The notes beneath the pieces are model-generated. The model was not told the DNA's origin. It was given only the letters and a program-made list of their open reading frames with translations, and ran no database searches. From Bacteroidales bacterium (GTDB lineage Bacteria > Bacteroidota > Bacteroidia > Bacteroidales > Tenuifilaceae): DNA of 64,000 nucleotides. Every line of letters starts with the position of its first letter. Positions within the stretch are counted from its first letter, which is position 1. Of this stretch, positions 1 to 8,597 are shown in pieces. The position numbers and the translations under genes are program-made. The stretch is from the NCBI GenBank assembly GCA_003818205.1, contig RPRQ01000022.1, positions 71 through 64,070 on the forward strand. Direction: 5' to 3'.

Positions 1-205
1 TGCTGCTTTTTTAAAGTCGCAGAGCGATGACCTCTTTGTAGTAATTAGAGAAAAATCAAATTCAAGCCCCATTAGGCCTGCCGCCTGCCTGCCGCCTGCC
101 TGCCGGCAGGCAGGGTAGGCAGGGTAGGCAGGGGCGACCTATACATTGGATGTAGTAGTATCAAGTATTTCATGAGTTAATAGTATTTTGGTCGGTCAAG
201 TGGTG
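1..205. mobile_element. MITE-like repeat, copy A (truncated by window start), carrying a nested GC-rich palindrome
   Basis: It aligns by eye with 3940-4130 and 61870-62019 (gctgctttt..agtcgca.agcga.gacct.tttgtagtaat ... gacctatacat.g.atgtagta.tatcaagtatttcatga ... ttt.gtcggt.a). Its right end resembles the inverted-repeat terminus of copies B and C. Confidence 0.6.
76..133. repeat. GC-rich CCTGCC...GGCAGG palindromic element (REP-like), nested in MITE copy A
   Basis: The sequence ggcctgccgcctgcctgccgcctgcctgccggcaggcagggtaggcagggtaggcagggg is a self-complementary hairpin. MITE copy C has no such insert at the same position. Confidence 0.8.
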
Positions 206-351
206 TTTGATTATATATTAATTGTCAAAAACATAAATCGTATAACGCTAAGCGGATATTCATTTTCGTATATTTGTATTTAATGGTATAACTATCTAAA
301 TCAGCGTGGAATTTGATTAATTGGTTCGTTAAGCTCATTAAACTTTCAGCC

Positions 352-882
352 ATGAAGAAGATATTTCTGTTTTTATCGGTTATGGTGATTGTATCCTGTA
401 ACCAGGAAAAAAAGTTTGATTCTTTCTCAAAAGATAAATTGAGAAATTTTGATCCCGATATATACGAATTAAGGGATTATAATGTCAAGCTAGTAAAGGG
501 TCAGATACTTTATATGCCGATTTATTCGAATATACCCCACTTCATGGATTCGATTAAAATCGACATGAGCGCTTTTGTTGCGTTTCACAATACGGATTTT
601 AAGCATACGATTAAACTCAAGAGAGTACAATACTTCGACACCAAGGGTAAGCTGGTACATGATTTTTTACTCAATGGTACACGAGAGTTAAGCCCATTAG
701 AAACCGTTGATTTTTACGTTCCCTATCGTGATCAAAGCGGAACGGGTGCAAATTTCTTGATTGAATGGAAATCTGATAGCCTTGTAACTGAACCATTAGT
801 TGAATCAATAACGATTAATACTAAAATGCAGCATTGTGTTGCAGTGCTAAGCCAAGGTAAGGTTATTAAAGAACTAAAGTAA
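352..882 (+). CDS. DUF3124-like lipoprotein
   Basis: The lipobox reads MKKIFLFLSVMVIVSC. The segments GQILYMPIYSNIPH, FHNTD and SGTGANFLIEW match my recollection of DUF3124. The tracked TTG start at 313 is probably too early; ATG at 352 is preferred. Confidence 0.6.
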   Translation: MKKIFLFLSVMVIVSCNQEKKFDSFSKDKLRNFDPDIYELRDYNVKLVKGQILYMPIYSNIPHFMDSIKIDMSAFVAFHNTDFKHTIKLKRVQYFDTKGKLVHDFLLNGTRELSPLETVDFYVPYRDQSGTGANFLIEWKSDSLVTEPLVESITINTKMQHCVAVLSQGKVIKELK

Positions 883-1032
883 TCCCCCGTCCGCACGGAT
901 TTTGCTTCGCAGAAATCGCAAAGCGAGCTCGACGAAATCAGGTCCGCACCAGCAGGAATAGCACGAGGTTAAAACCCCGACATGGCACATAACCAATTGC
1001 AAGACATTGTAAGCAAATCAGAATAGTACATC

Positions 1033-1602
1033 ATGACAATGGGAAATAAAAACGAGTTGTCAACAGAACAACGAGAAGAGCTAATTAGAGCATTAAAAGG
1101 CCGTTTTGAGAGAAATATGAACCGCCATAAAGATATTGAATGGGCAAAGCTACAAGCAGCGCTGGAAGCCAATTCTGAAAAAATGTGGAGCCTCAATGAA
1201 ATGGAAAGAACTGGCGGTGAACCGGATGTAGTTGGTCATGATAGCAGGACTGGCCAATACGTTTTTTATGATTGCTCGGCGGAAAGCCCTAAAGGCCGCA
1301 GAAGTATTTGTTATGACCGTGAAGGGCTTGAATCAAGGAGAGAGCATAAACCAGAAAATAACGCTATCGACATGGCTGCTGCTATGGGCATCGAGCTTTT
1401 AACTGAAGAACAATATTGCGATTTGCAGAAACTTGGGAGCTTCGATACAAAAACATCAAGCTGGGTGAAGACACCCGTTGAGGTTCGAAAACTCGGTGGC
1501 GCACTCTATTGCGATCGTCGCTACAACCGTGTCTTCGTGTATCACAACGGAGCAGAATCTTACTATGGGGCTAGGGGTTTCCGAGACTCATTAAAGGTCT
1601 GA
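1033..1602 (+). CDS. DUF4256 domain protein
   Basis: The full-length pattern (LSTEQREELI..RFERNMNRHK..MERTGGEPDVVG..FYDCSAESPKGRRS.CYD) is typical of DUF4256. Confidence 0.7.
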   Translation: MTMGNKNELSTEQREELIRALKGRFERNMNRHKDIEWAKLQAALEANSEKMWSLNEMERTGGEPDVVGHDSRTGQYVFYDCSAESPKGRRSICYDREGLESRREHKPENNAIDMAAAMGIELLTEEQYCDLQKLGSFDTKTSSWVKTPVEVRKLGGALYCDRRYNRVFVYHNGAESYYGARGFRDSLKV

Positions 1603-2082
1603 AATTTAAATAGATAACCTTCGTTCGTGCGCATCTCATGATACGTGCTAAACAGGTTTCTTAGCCTAAGTAGATTGAGCGAAGCGGAAAATACGCCGTA
1701 GCTAAGTGGCGGTCTCCTGACCGCATAAATTTTGCTTTCTAAACACCACCAACGCACCACAGAAATATTATGGTACTTTTAAAAAATAGGGTTATTCGAC
1801 AAAAGGTATGGAAAGGAAGAGAGATAATCTTGTTTTGCTCCAATATTGACCCCAGAGGGGTCGGATGTTTATAGAAACAATGCCCATTTAGGGTGCGACC
1901 CCAGATGGGGTCGAATGTTCATGAGAATAAATATTTTCTATAGACATATAATCCCTCTGGAATTAAGAAAGCCAATGAATAAAAAGTGTGTGAGGTTTTC
2001 AAGAGATCACCGATAAAATCCTACAATTGTAGAATTTTAGCTATCCACTAGTTTTGTCGAATAACCAAAAACAGATATCGAA

Positions 2083-2562
2083 ATGAATGAATTTAAAACA
2101 AACAACCAAGAACTACTAAGTTTGATCGGTGAGTGGGAGCCAAAATTATTGGCCCTTTCAGATGATACCATAACAAATAAACAGAATAGCCAGAATAGGA
2201 CAATCAAGCAGATTGTTGGGCATATGATTGATTCAGCATCGAATAATACGCATCGGATAGTTCATTTACAGTATCAGCCAAGCCCTCTGATTTATCCCGA
2301 TTATGCGAACCTTGGCAATAATGATAGGTGGATTTCCATTCAGAGCTACCAGACCGAGAAATGGGATGATCTGGTTCAGCTATGGAAATATTCCAATATT
2401 CATATTGTTCATGTAATTAATAGTGTGAGCCTCGATAAATTGGACAACGAATGGATTACTGCGCTGAACAAGAGAGTGTCGTTAAAGGCCATGATTATTG
2501 ATTATCTGCCACATTTTAGGTTGCATCTAAGCGAGATTGACGAATTGATAAACAAAAAATAA
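2083..2562 (+). CDS. DinB-family (four-helix bundle) protein
   Basis: The size and the IVGHMIDSASNNTHRIVHL and HFRLHLSEI histidine motifs resemble the DinB/YfiT superfamily. Confidence 0.5.
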   Translation: MNEFKTNNQELLSLIGEWEPKLLALSDDTITNKQNSQNRTIKQIVGHMIDSASNNTHRIVHLQYQPSPLIYPDYANLGNNDRWISIQSYQTEKWDDLVQLWKYSNIHIVHVINSVSLDKLDNEWITALNKRVSLKAMIIDYLPHFRLHLSEIDELINKK

Positions 2563-2840
2563 GCATGCCATAGCATCCCTGTTAAACTGAGCCTGTAAGC
2601 GGATAAAACAAAACCTTTAGGTTTGATGATATTTATATGCTTTTGTGAATCTTAGCGCCTCAGTGGCAAAAGTTTATTGTATCATAGATTTGTCGTTTCC
2701 CAAATACTTCAACCTACAGGTTAAACCTCTGTCTCCTGACAACGAAAAACCAAAAACAATGATAAATGAGAATCCTATATCTTCGAAATGAATTTTAGAG
2801 TTTTTGTAACTATTCAGCAATACTATGAAATGCAATATAA

Positions 2841-2899
2841 ACCACGGAGACACGGACCTGCCTACCGCCTGCCGGTAGGCAGGTCTGTGTCTCCGTGTG
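2841..2899. repeat. cacggagacac hairpin with a nested CCTGCC palindrome in its apex
   Basis: The arms are accacggagacacgga and tctgtgtctccgtgtg. They flank cctgcctaccgcctgccggtaggcagg. Confidence 0.75.
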
Positions 2900-2975
2900 A
2901 ATGATTAAGAGTTTTTTGTTAATTTAAAAAAACATACTTAAATTTAGATACTTTTATTAACTAAAAACATACTAT

Positions 2976-3491
2976 ATGAAAAAACTACTATTATTACCAA
3001 TACTGTTAATTTTTATAACGGTATCATGTACAAAAGATGATCAGGTAGAGCCCGATTCGCAAAAGAGTAAAATAGCTCTTGGCGAAAAAGAATCACAAGC
3101 TGACGCTGTAAAGGCTGTTGCTGGCTGTCCTACTGGTTACAGACCCTGTAAACGCACAGGTTTATGCGTACCCTACAACACTAGCTATACTTGCCATACC
3201 AATGTTAGCTTAGAATACACAACCGAAACACAACGTTCAATCTCTTGCGATTGTGTATGGACAACGGTAACTACAAAAAGTCATACATATAAAGTAACAT
3301 GGGATAGTGGTTACATTCCAACTGCTGATAGAACAGGTCACACCAGAAGCATCGATTATAAATGTTTTAACACACTTAGGTGCAATATTACCTGCAATCA
3401 GGTAAAGCATTATTATTCTGGATGGTTAGCGCACAGACCAAATCCAAACAGTCCTAATTACTGTTTAGATTGTAAAATCAAGTACAGATAA
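2976..3491 (+). CDS. Cysteine-rich secreted lipoprotein, unknown function
   Basis: The signal and lipobox read LLIFITVSC. More than 12 Cys residues are spread over the mature part (CPTGYRPCKRTGLC, SCDC, CFNTLRCNITC, CLDC). I recognise no family. Confidence 0.5.
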   Translation: MKKLLLLPILLIFITVSCTKDDQVEPDSQKSKIALGEKESQADAVKAVAGCPTGYRPCKRTGLCVPYNTSYTCHTNVSLEYTTETQRSISCDCVWTTVTTKSHTYKVTWDSGYIPTADRTGHTRSIDYKCFNTLRCNITCNQVKHYYSGWLAHRPNPNSPNYCLDCKIKYR

Positions 3492-3844
3492 ACCCTCTTC
3501 GTTAAATGAAGATTATTAGCCTATTAAACAAGAATCAAAGGGTTCTACGGCGGTTTAGACTGCCGTTGAACTTTTAAAGAGGTTGCACTTGTAGCTTGTA
3601 TGCAATAGGTAAGTAGTGTTAATAGGAAAACTCCAAATTACAAAAATCAAATTACAAATAAAACCCAAATGATAAATTTTCAAACCTCAAAACGATTTGA
3701 TTATTTGGTACTTAAATAATTGGGATTTGATTTTTTTGAGTTTTACCTGCCTACCCTGCCTTCCGGCAGGCAGGCGACAGGTAGGTTATTTGAAATTTCA
3801 GGTTTATTGTGTTTTCTTAGTACCACTAAGTAATAGCATAAAAT

Positions 3845-4130
3845 ATCATTATTAACCGAGAAAAAAATCTAAAATCAATAGGTCGCAGCGATGCTGCTTC
3901 TAGTTGAAATGTAATCGCCTATTCTACAAATAGTTCGCAGCGATGCTGCTTTTCTATAGTCGCATAGCGACGACCTATTTGTAGTAATTAGAGAAAAATC
4001 AAATTCAAGCCCCATTAGGCCTGCCGCCTGCCTGCCGGTAGGCAGGGTAGGCAGGGGTGACCTATACATAGAATGTAGTAATATCAAGTATTTCATGAAT
4101 TGTATAGTATTTTAGTCGGTCAGTAGTGAT
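3845..4130. mobile_element. MITE-like repeat, copy B (complete, about 286 bp) with nested GC-rich palindrome at 4017-4056
   Basis: The termini are atcattattaaccgag (left) and the reverse complement of tagtcggtcagtagtgat (right), giving about 13/16 inverted identity. Inside are three gcagcgatgctgc/gtcgcatagcgac stem-loop units. AAAAT is present on both flanks. Confidence 0.65.
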
Positions 4131-4270
4131 AAAATATCACCTCTTGGTGGTTTATACTATGTAGCAGATTATGGTTTACCAATATTCATCCCTATGGGCT
4201 TTCATAAAATAACAGGTACCACACAAAAGAAAACACACTTTTCGTTCCATGTCAGTAGTGCTAAATATAA

Positions 4271-4318
4271 CCCCAATGGGTGATTTTACGCATTAAACCA
4301 ATTTGTAACTTTGTCAAA
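4271..4318 (+). promoter_or_regulatory. Repeated ~50-bp module ending in a Bacteroidota -7 box (TAACTTTG)
   Basis: The sequence ccccaatgggtgattttacgcattaaaccaatttgtaactttgtc is repeated almost identically at 20041-20090. TAnnTTTG lies at 4306-4313, about 75 nt upstream of the activase ATG. Confidence 0.4.
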
Positions 4319-4387
4319 ACAAGTGTTCTCCCGCACTACACATAGCTGCGACCATTGCGGAATACGCTTATTATGAGATGAAGTGTA

Positions 4388-5299
4388 ATGAGTAAATTAA
4401 AATATTTCGATATTTCATGGTTTTCGTCTGTTGATGGGCCCGGAACAAGGGTTGTATTGTACCTGTTGGGATGCCACCTAAGGTGTCCTTGGTGTCATTC
4501 TCCCCATTCATGGGAAATATCATCTCCCTTACTCTTCTTCGAAAACCGCTGCCAAAAATGCGGAAGCTGCGTGGATATCTGCCCCAATGGGGTGCATAAA
4601 ATCTCGAATGGAGCTCATCTCGTTGATCGAAGCCATTGTATTCGGTGTGGCGCATGTATTGAGATTTGCCCATCCTCCGACATTAACAAATGGAATACTA
4701 GCGCTTTAGGTTTTGTGTGTAAAGAGCTGGAGGTGGGGGAACTTTATCAAATACTAAAACCTCAGCTGGATTTATTAAAAGACATTGGAGGTTTAACAAT
4801 ATCAGGCGGCGATCCGCTATTACAATCCGAAGCCTTGGCCGAATTACTGAAAATTTGCTCGATGAACGGAATTCATACAACCGTTGAAACATCTGCAACC
4901 CTAAACAAAAAGCATATTGAAGACCTGCTGCCATTTGTCGATCATTGGTTAATTGGTTTACGTCCAACCAAAACAGATAAAGTGGAAGATTGGAAGCAAC
5001 TTCTAACGAATATTGAACTATTAGCGGCGCATAACCCGAATCAAATAACCATTCGAACGCCTATTATTCCCGGATATACTAATACACAAATTGCTTACGA
5101 TATGATAATAGAGGTTATGCATACGAATGGAATTAAATCGATAGAAATTCTTCCATACAATCCCTATTCCGAAAACTATTACAAAGCGATGGGTTTAAAA
5201 TTTCCTTTGGAAGGAACACAATTGTTAAGCGAAGAGGAGTTAATTCAAATAAAAAGTGTTTTTACTTCGGCAGGAATCCATACGGAAATTGTTGCTTAA
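4388..5299 (+). CDS. Glycyl-radical enzyme activating enzyme (radical SAM)
   Basis: The radical SAM motif CxxxCxxC is present (GCHLRCPWCHSP). Two ferredoxin-type clusters follow (CQKCGSCVDICP, CIRCGACIEICP), as in non-PFL GRE activases. Confidence 0.85.
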   Translation: MSKLKYFDISWFSSVDGPGTRVVLYLLGCHLRCPWCHSPHSWEISSPLLFFENRCQKCGSCVDICPNGVHKISNGAHLVDRSHCIRCGACIEICPSSDINKWNTSALGFVCKELEVGELYQILKPQLDLLKDIGGLTISGGDPLLQSEALAELLKICSMNGIHTTVETSATLNKKHIEDLLPFVDHWLIGLRPTKTDKVEDWKQLLTNIELLAAHNPNQITIRTPIIPGYTNTQIAYDMIIEVMHTNGIKSIEILPYNPYSENYYKAMGLKFPLEGTQLLSEEELIQIKSVFTSAGIHTEIVA

Positions 5300-5361
5300 A
5301 ATGATAAAATAAAACAATGTTGTTTAACCTCGATGTTGTATATGGATTTTCATAATTTTCT

Positions 5362-5490
5362 AAACCACGCCTTTTAAGGCGTGGTTTAGATGCAAAAAAA
5401 ACTCTAGGGCTTTAGCCCAAACCATAGAGTTGTTATTGGGCTAAAGCCCATGTTTAGTGTAGTTTTCATCCACGCCTTAAAAGGCGTGGT
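5362..5490. repeat. Cluster of four self-complementary hairpins (A-B-B'-A') between the activase and GRE genes
   Basis: The four units are aaaccacgccttttaaggcgtggttt (5362-5387), gggctttagccc (5407-5418), gggctaaagccc (5438-5449) and ccacgccttaaaaggcgtgg (5470-5489). Confidence 0.8.
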
Positions 5491-5552
5491 TATAATTTGG
5501 TTCTTAGCTATATGATATTGAAATATAAACTAACAAACGAGGAGACATTATT

Positions 5553-8393
5553 ATGAATGAATTGATTAAAGAAGAAACGATTATCGGTTCAACTTACCGG
5601 GTTAATGAATTGATCAAGTCGATGGAGAAACGTGCTTGGGCCGATCGTTCATCGGAATGGTTTACCAAGGATATGTTTAAGAAAATTGGTGTTGAGCATC
5701 CCGATAAATCAGTAATTGTTCGTCGAGCACTGGCTATAGAGGAAATCCTTAAAGCCATGACGAATAAAAATCTATTCAAGGGTAAGAATCCACACTATCA
5801 GATAAGAAATGGCGAGCTGATTGTTGGTGTTATCGCCCTAGGATCGCTGGGTTTGGGGAAGTCTTTTCCCGATTATCTTACCCCAAGCGAATTGGATGTT
5901 ACCTCGGTATCCACCAAGTCCGAAATGGGTTTATTTGGGCACGATTCGGTAAACTATGATGTTATGCTTGCAAGAGGCCTCGAAGGGATTATCGCAGATT
6001 GCAAAAAGGAGCTTAAATCAACTGAGCATAAGATTAATCATTACAATATTCTTTCAGATTATTGCGACAGAATTGAAAACGAAGGCGCATTTAATAAAAA
6101 GATAACCAATCTCAAGTCAAATGGTAAAACAACTGACATTATTGAAAGTTTAAAGGGAGTTTTCGAAGATCATGATGAAAGCAAAGGTAATAGAACTAAA
6201 GCGTATGATTCAAATTTGAAAGGATTATTCGAAATTTTAGAAACCCATATTCACACTAATTTTAGTAATATTTCCAAAAAACGCAGTAGTAAACAAGAAC
6301 CGTCTAGTTTTCCTTATCTAAAACAGATTAGAGAAATATTAAAAAGCAAAAAAAATATTCTTCATAATAGACAAGACTTTTATCAATCAGTAAAAATTAG
6401 CTGTCAGGCTGTTATTGATTACGCAGGTCGGTTCTCGGAATTGGCTAAAGCAATGAGTTTAGATGAAAAAGACCCTATCCGTAAGGCTGAATTGAACGAA
6501 ATAAGTAGAATTTGTAGTAAAGTTCCTGCAAAACCTGCAAGCACATTCTACGAAGCACTTCAATCCATCTATTTCTTTCACCTTGCCCTGCACAGTAGCA
6601 TGAGCCAATTATCGTTGGGTCGGCTCGATCAGGTACTGCAACCCTACTATAAGAAAGAGGATCATGAAAAACAGCAGGAACTCTTCGAATGCTTTCTGAT
6701 AAAATGTGCCGAGCGTTTGATTCTCGATTCAACAACTTTTGTCAAGCAAGATCACCTCGATTTTGGTTCAAACCTGCTTACTATTCCCGTACCTCTCGAT
6801 CAGTGGTCTGAATCAAACGAGTTCCTGCAAAATATCATTATCGGAGGGCAAACCCGCGATGGTAAAAATGCGGTGAATGACTGTACCTATCTTATCCTTA
6901 AAGCATTTCAGAAAACAAAACTTTATACTCCTACCTTGAATGCAAGGATTTATAAGGAGCAGCTGGAGGATGGCAAATATTTGAATGCGGTGGCTGAGTG
7001 CTTGTTTGAAACCAAAAATGGAATGCCGGTTATTGGGAATGATGAGGTACTTATTCCTGCCCTGCATAAATTCTCTGGTATCCCCTTGGATGAAGCAAGA
7101 GACTATGTAATTGATGGCTGCTGGGAACCATTACTCAATGGCTCCTGCGACTGGACTTTTAGAATGTTCAATATGCTTACCGCACTGGAATGTGCTTTAA
7201 ACGGAGGTGCTACGCTAAGTTCAAATGAGATATTGCTAAGAGGACAGAAGATGACCTACGAAACGGCTTTACCAGCAGTGGATAAAAGCATAGACTTTGA
7301 GGGATTGAAGGGCATCCTTAAAAAGCATATCAAGTTCTTTACCGATAATTCGGCATTAAGCATTCATATGCTATACCTAATTGATCAGGCAGTCAACCCC
7401 GATCCATTGTATTCCGCTTTACTAAAGGGGTGTATGAAGACCGGAAGGGATAAAACATGGGGAGGAGCCGATTATAAACTAGCCGGAATTATCCCCGCAG
7501 CTGTGCCCGATACAGTAAATACATTATCAGCAATTAAGAAATGGGTGTATGATAAAAAAGAGTTTGAATTGGCGGATGTTTTGGATGCCTTTAGAATGAG
7601 TTATAAGGGTGCAAATAAAGTCCAACAAGAGTTGTTCGATAAGATAAAACTCAAATTCCAAACAGATTCTCCAAAATTTGGTAATAATGATAAAGAATCG
7701 GTAGAGATGATGCAATGGGTGCTAAATACATTCTGGGATTGTGTTAAGGAATCGCACGCATTAGCCGAGGAGGTATTTTTATATCCACCGAAGAAAGGGG
7801 ATGAAGCAAGAATAAAATCTCTTAGAGCGCTGGCTGGTTATGCTGGAAAGTCATTAAAAGAAGAGTTTGGTGAGAATTTTAAGATAAATATTACCGCCGG
7901 AATGGGAACATTTGAGCTGTTCGACATATTCGGTGGTGGAAATGCCGCTTCGGCCGACCGCATTAAGGCTGGTGAACCTATTGCCCGAAATTTTGCGCCT
8001 ATGGTAGGAACAACTAGCTTTAGCATTGGGCATCTCTTAGCATCATTCAAAAAACTAGGGCTTAATCGATTTGCTGGTGGGGCTATCACCGACCTATGTC
8101 TCGAAGAAAGGGATTTAGAAAAGAATGGTCCCAACATAATTAAGTCTGTTATCCAGAACTTTATGTATAATGATGGCAATATGATGACCATCACTATTTC
8201 TGATAAAAAATTATTGGGCTTAATCTATAGCTTATGTGAGAAAAACAGGGGTGGTGATGAGGCAGCTAAAAAGGAGCTAAAGAAATATGAACATGTCAGC
8301 GTTCGAGTAGGTGGTTTCCAGATGCCTTTCGTCACTTTGCCGCCAGCAATGCAGAAGAGCTATATCGATAGGCCAATGTCTCCGATTAATTAA
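5553..8393 (+). CDS. Glycyl-radical enzyme of unknown substrate (PFL-fold, C-x-E type), 946 aa
   Basis: The C-terminal glycyl radical motif is VRVGGFQMPF, with Gly921 at nt 8313-8315. The thiyl loop is IDGCWEP, with Cys523 and Glu525 at nt 7119-7127. A GAGGAG lies 8 nt upstream of the ATG. Confidence 0.85.
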   Translation: MNELIKEETIIGSTYRVNELIKSMEKRAWADRSSEWFTKDMFKKIGVEHPDKSVIVRRALAIEEILKAMTNKNLFKGKNPHYQIRNGELIVGVIALGSLGLGKSFPDYLTPSELDVTSVSTKSEMGLFGHDSVNYDVMLARGLEGIIADCKKELKSTEHKINHYNILSDYCDRIENEGAFNKKITNLKSNGKTTDIIESLKGVFEDHDESKGNRTKAYDSNLKGLFEILETHIHTNFSNISKKRSSKQEPSSFPYLKQIREILKSKKNILHNRQDFYQSVKISCQAVIDYAGRFSELAKAMSLDEKDPIRKAELNEISRICSKVPAKPASTFYEALQSIYFFHLALHSSMSQLSLGRLDQVLQPYYKKEDHEKQQELFECFLIKCAERLILDSTTFVKQDHLDFGSNLLTIPVPLDQWSESNEFLQNIIIGGQTRDGKNAVNDCTYLILKAFQKTKLYTPTLNARIYKEQLEDGKYLNAVAECLFETKNGMPVIGNDEVLIPALHKFSGIPLDEARDYVIDGCWEPLLNGSCDWTFRMFNMLTALECALNGGATLSSNEILLRGQKMTYETALPAVDKSIDFEGLKGILKKHIKFFTDNSALSIHMLYLIDQAVNPDPLYSALLKGCMKTGRDKTWGGADYKLAGIIPAAVPDTVNTLSAIKKWVYDKKEFELADVLDAFRMSYKGANKVQQELFDKIKLKFQTDSPKFGNNDKESVEMMQWVLNTFWDCVKESHALAEEVFLYPPKKGDEARIKSLRALAGYAGKSLKEEFGENFKINITAGMGTFELFDIFGGGNAASADRIKAGEPIARNFAPMVGTTSFSIGHLLASFKKLGLNRFAGGAITDLCLEERDLEKNGPNIIKSVIQNFMYNDGNMMTITISDKKLLGLIYSLCEKNRGGDEAAKKELKKYEHVSVRVGGFQMPFVTLPPAMQKSYIDRPMSPIN

Positions 8394-8597
8394 ACAAGGT
8401 TCTGTTTTAAAATGTTGTGGGAAATAAAAGAAATAACGCCACGAAGACTCAAAGGCGCAAAAAAATAGACTTGTCTGAACCTCGTGTCTTTGTGACTTTG
8501 CTCCTTCGCTGAAGCTTCGGCGTAAGCGTTGTGGCAAAACTTTATTCTACAATTTGCTAAAACACAATCTTAAACAATAACATTTAAATAAGCAATT

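Noticed and set aside
969-1196. 75-aa minus-strand ORF
   Set aside because: It is antisense to the start of the DUF4256 gene and to repeat sequence. It has no supporting features.
3875-4096. 73-aa minus-strand ORF, and the similar 60-aa ORF at 61899-62081 (shared MKYLILLH.MYRSP)
   Set aside because: Both lie wholly inside MITE-like copies B and C. The reading frame is broken by the nested palindrome in copy B. The similarity reflects the DNA repeat, not a conserved protein.
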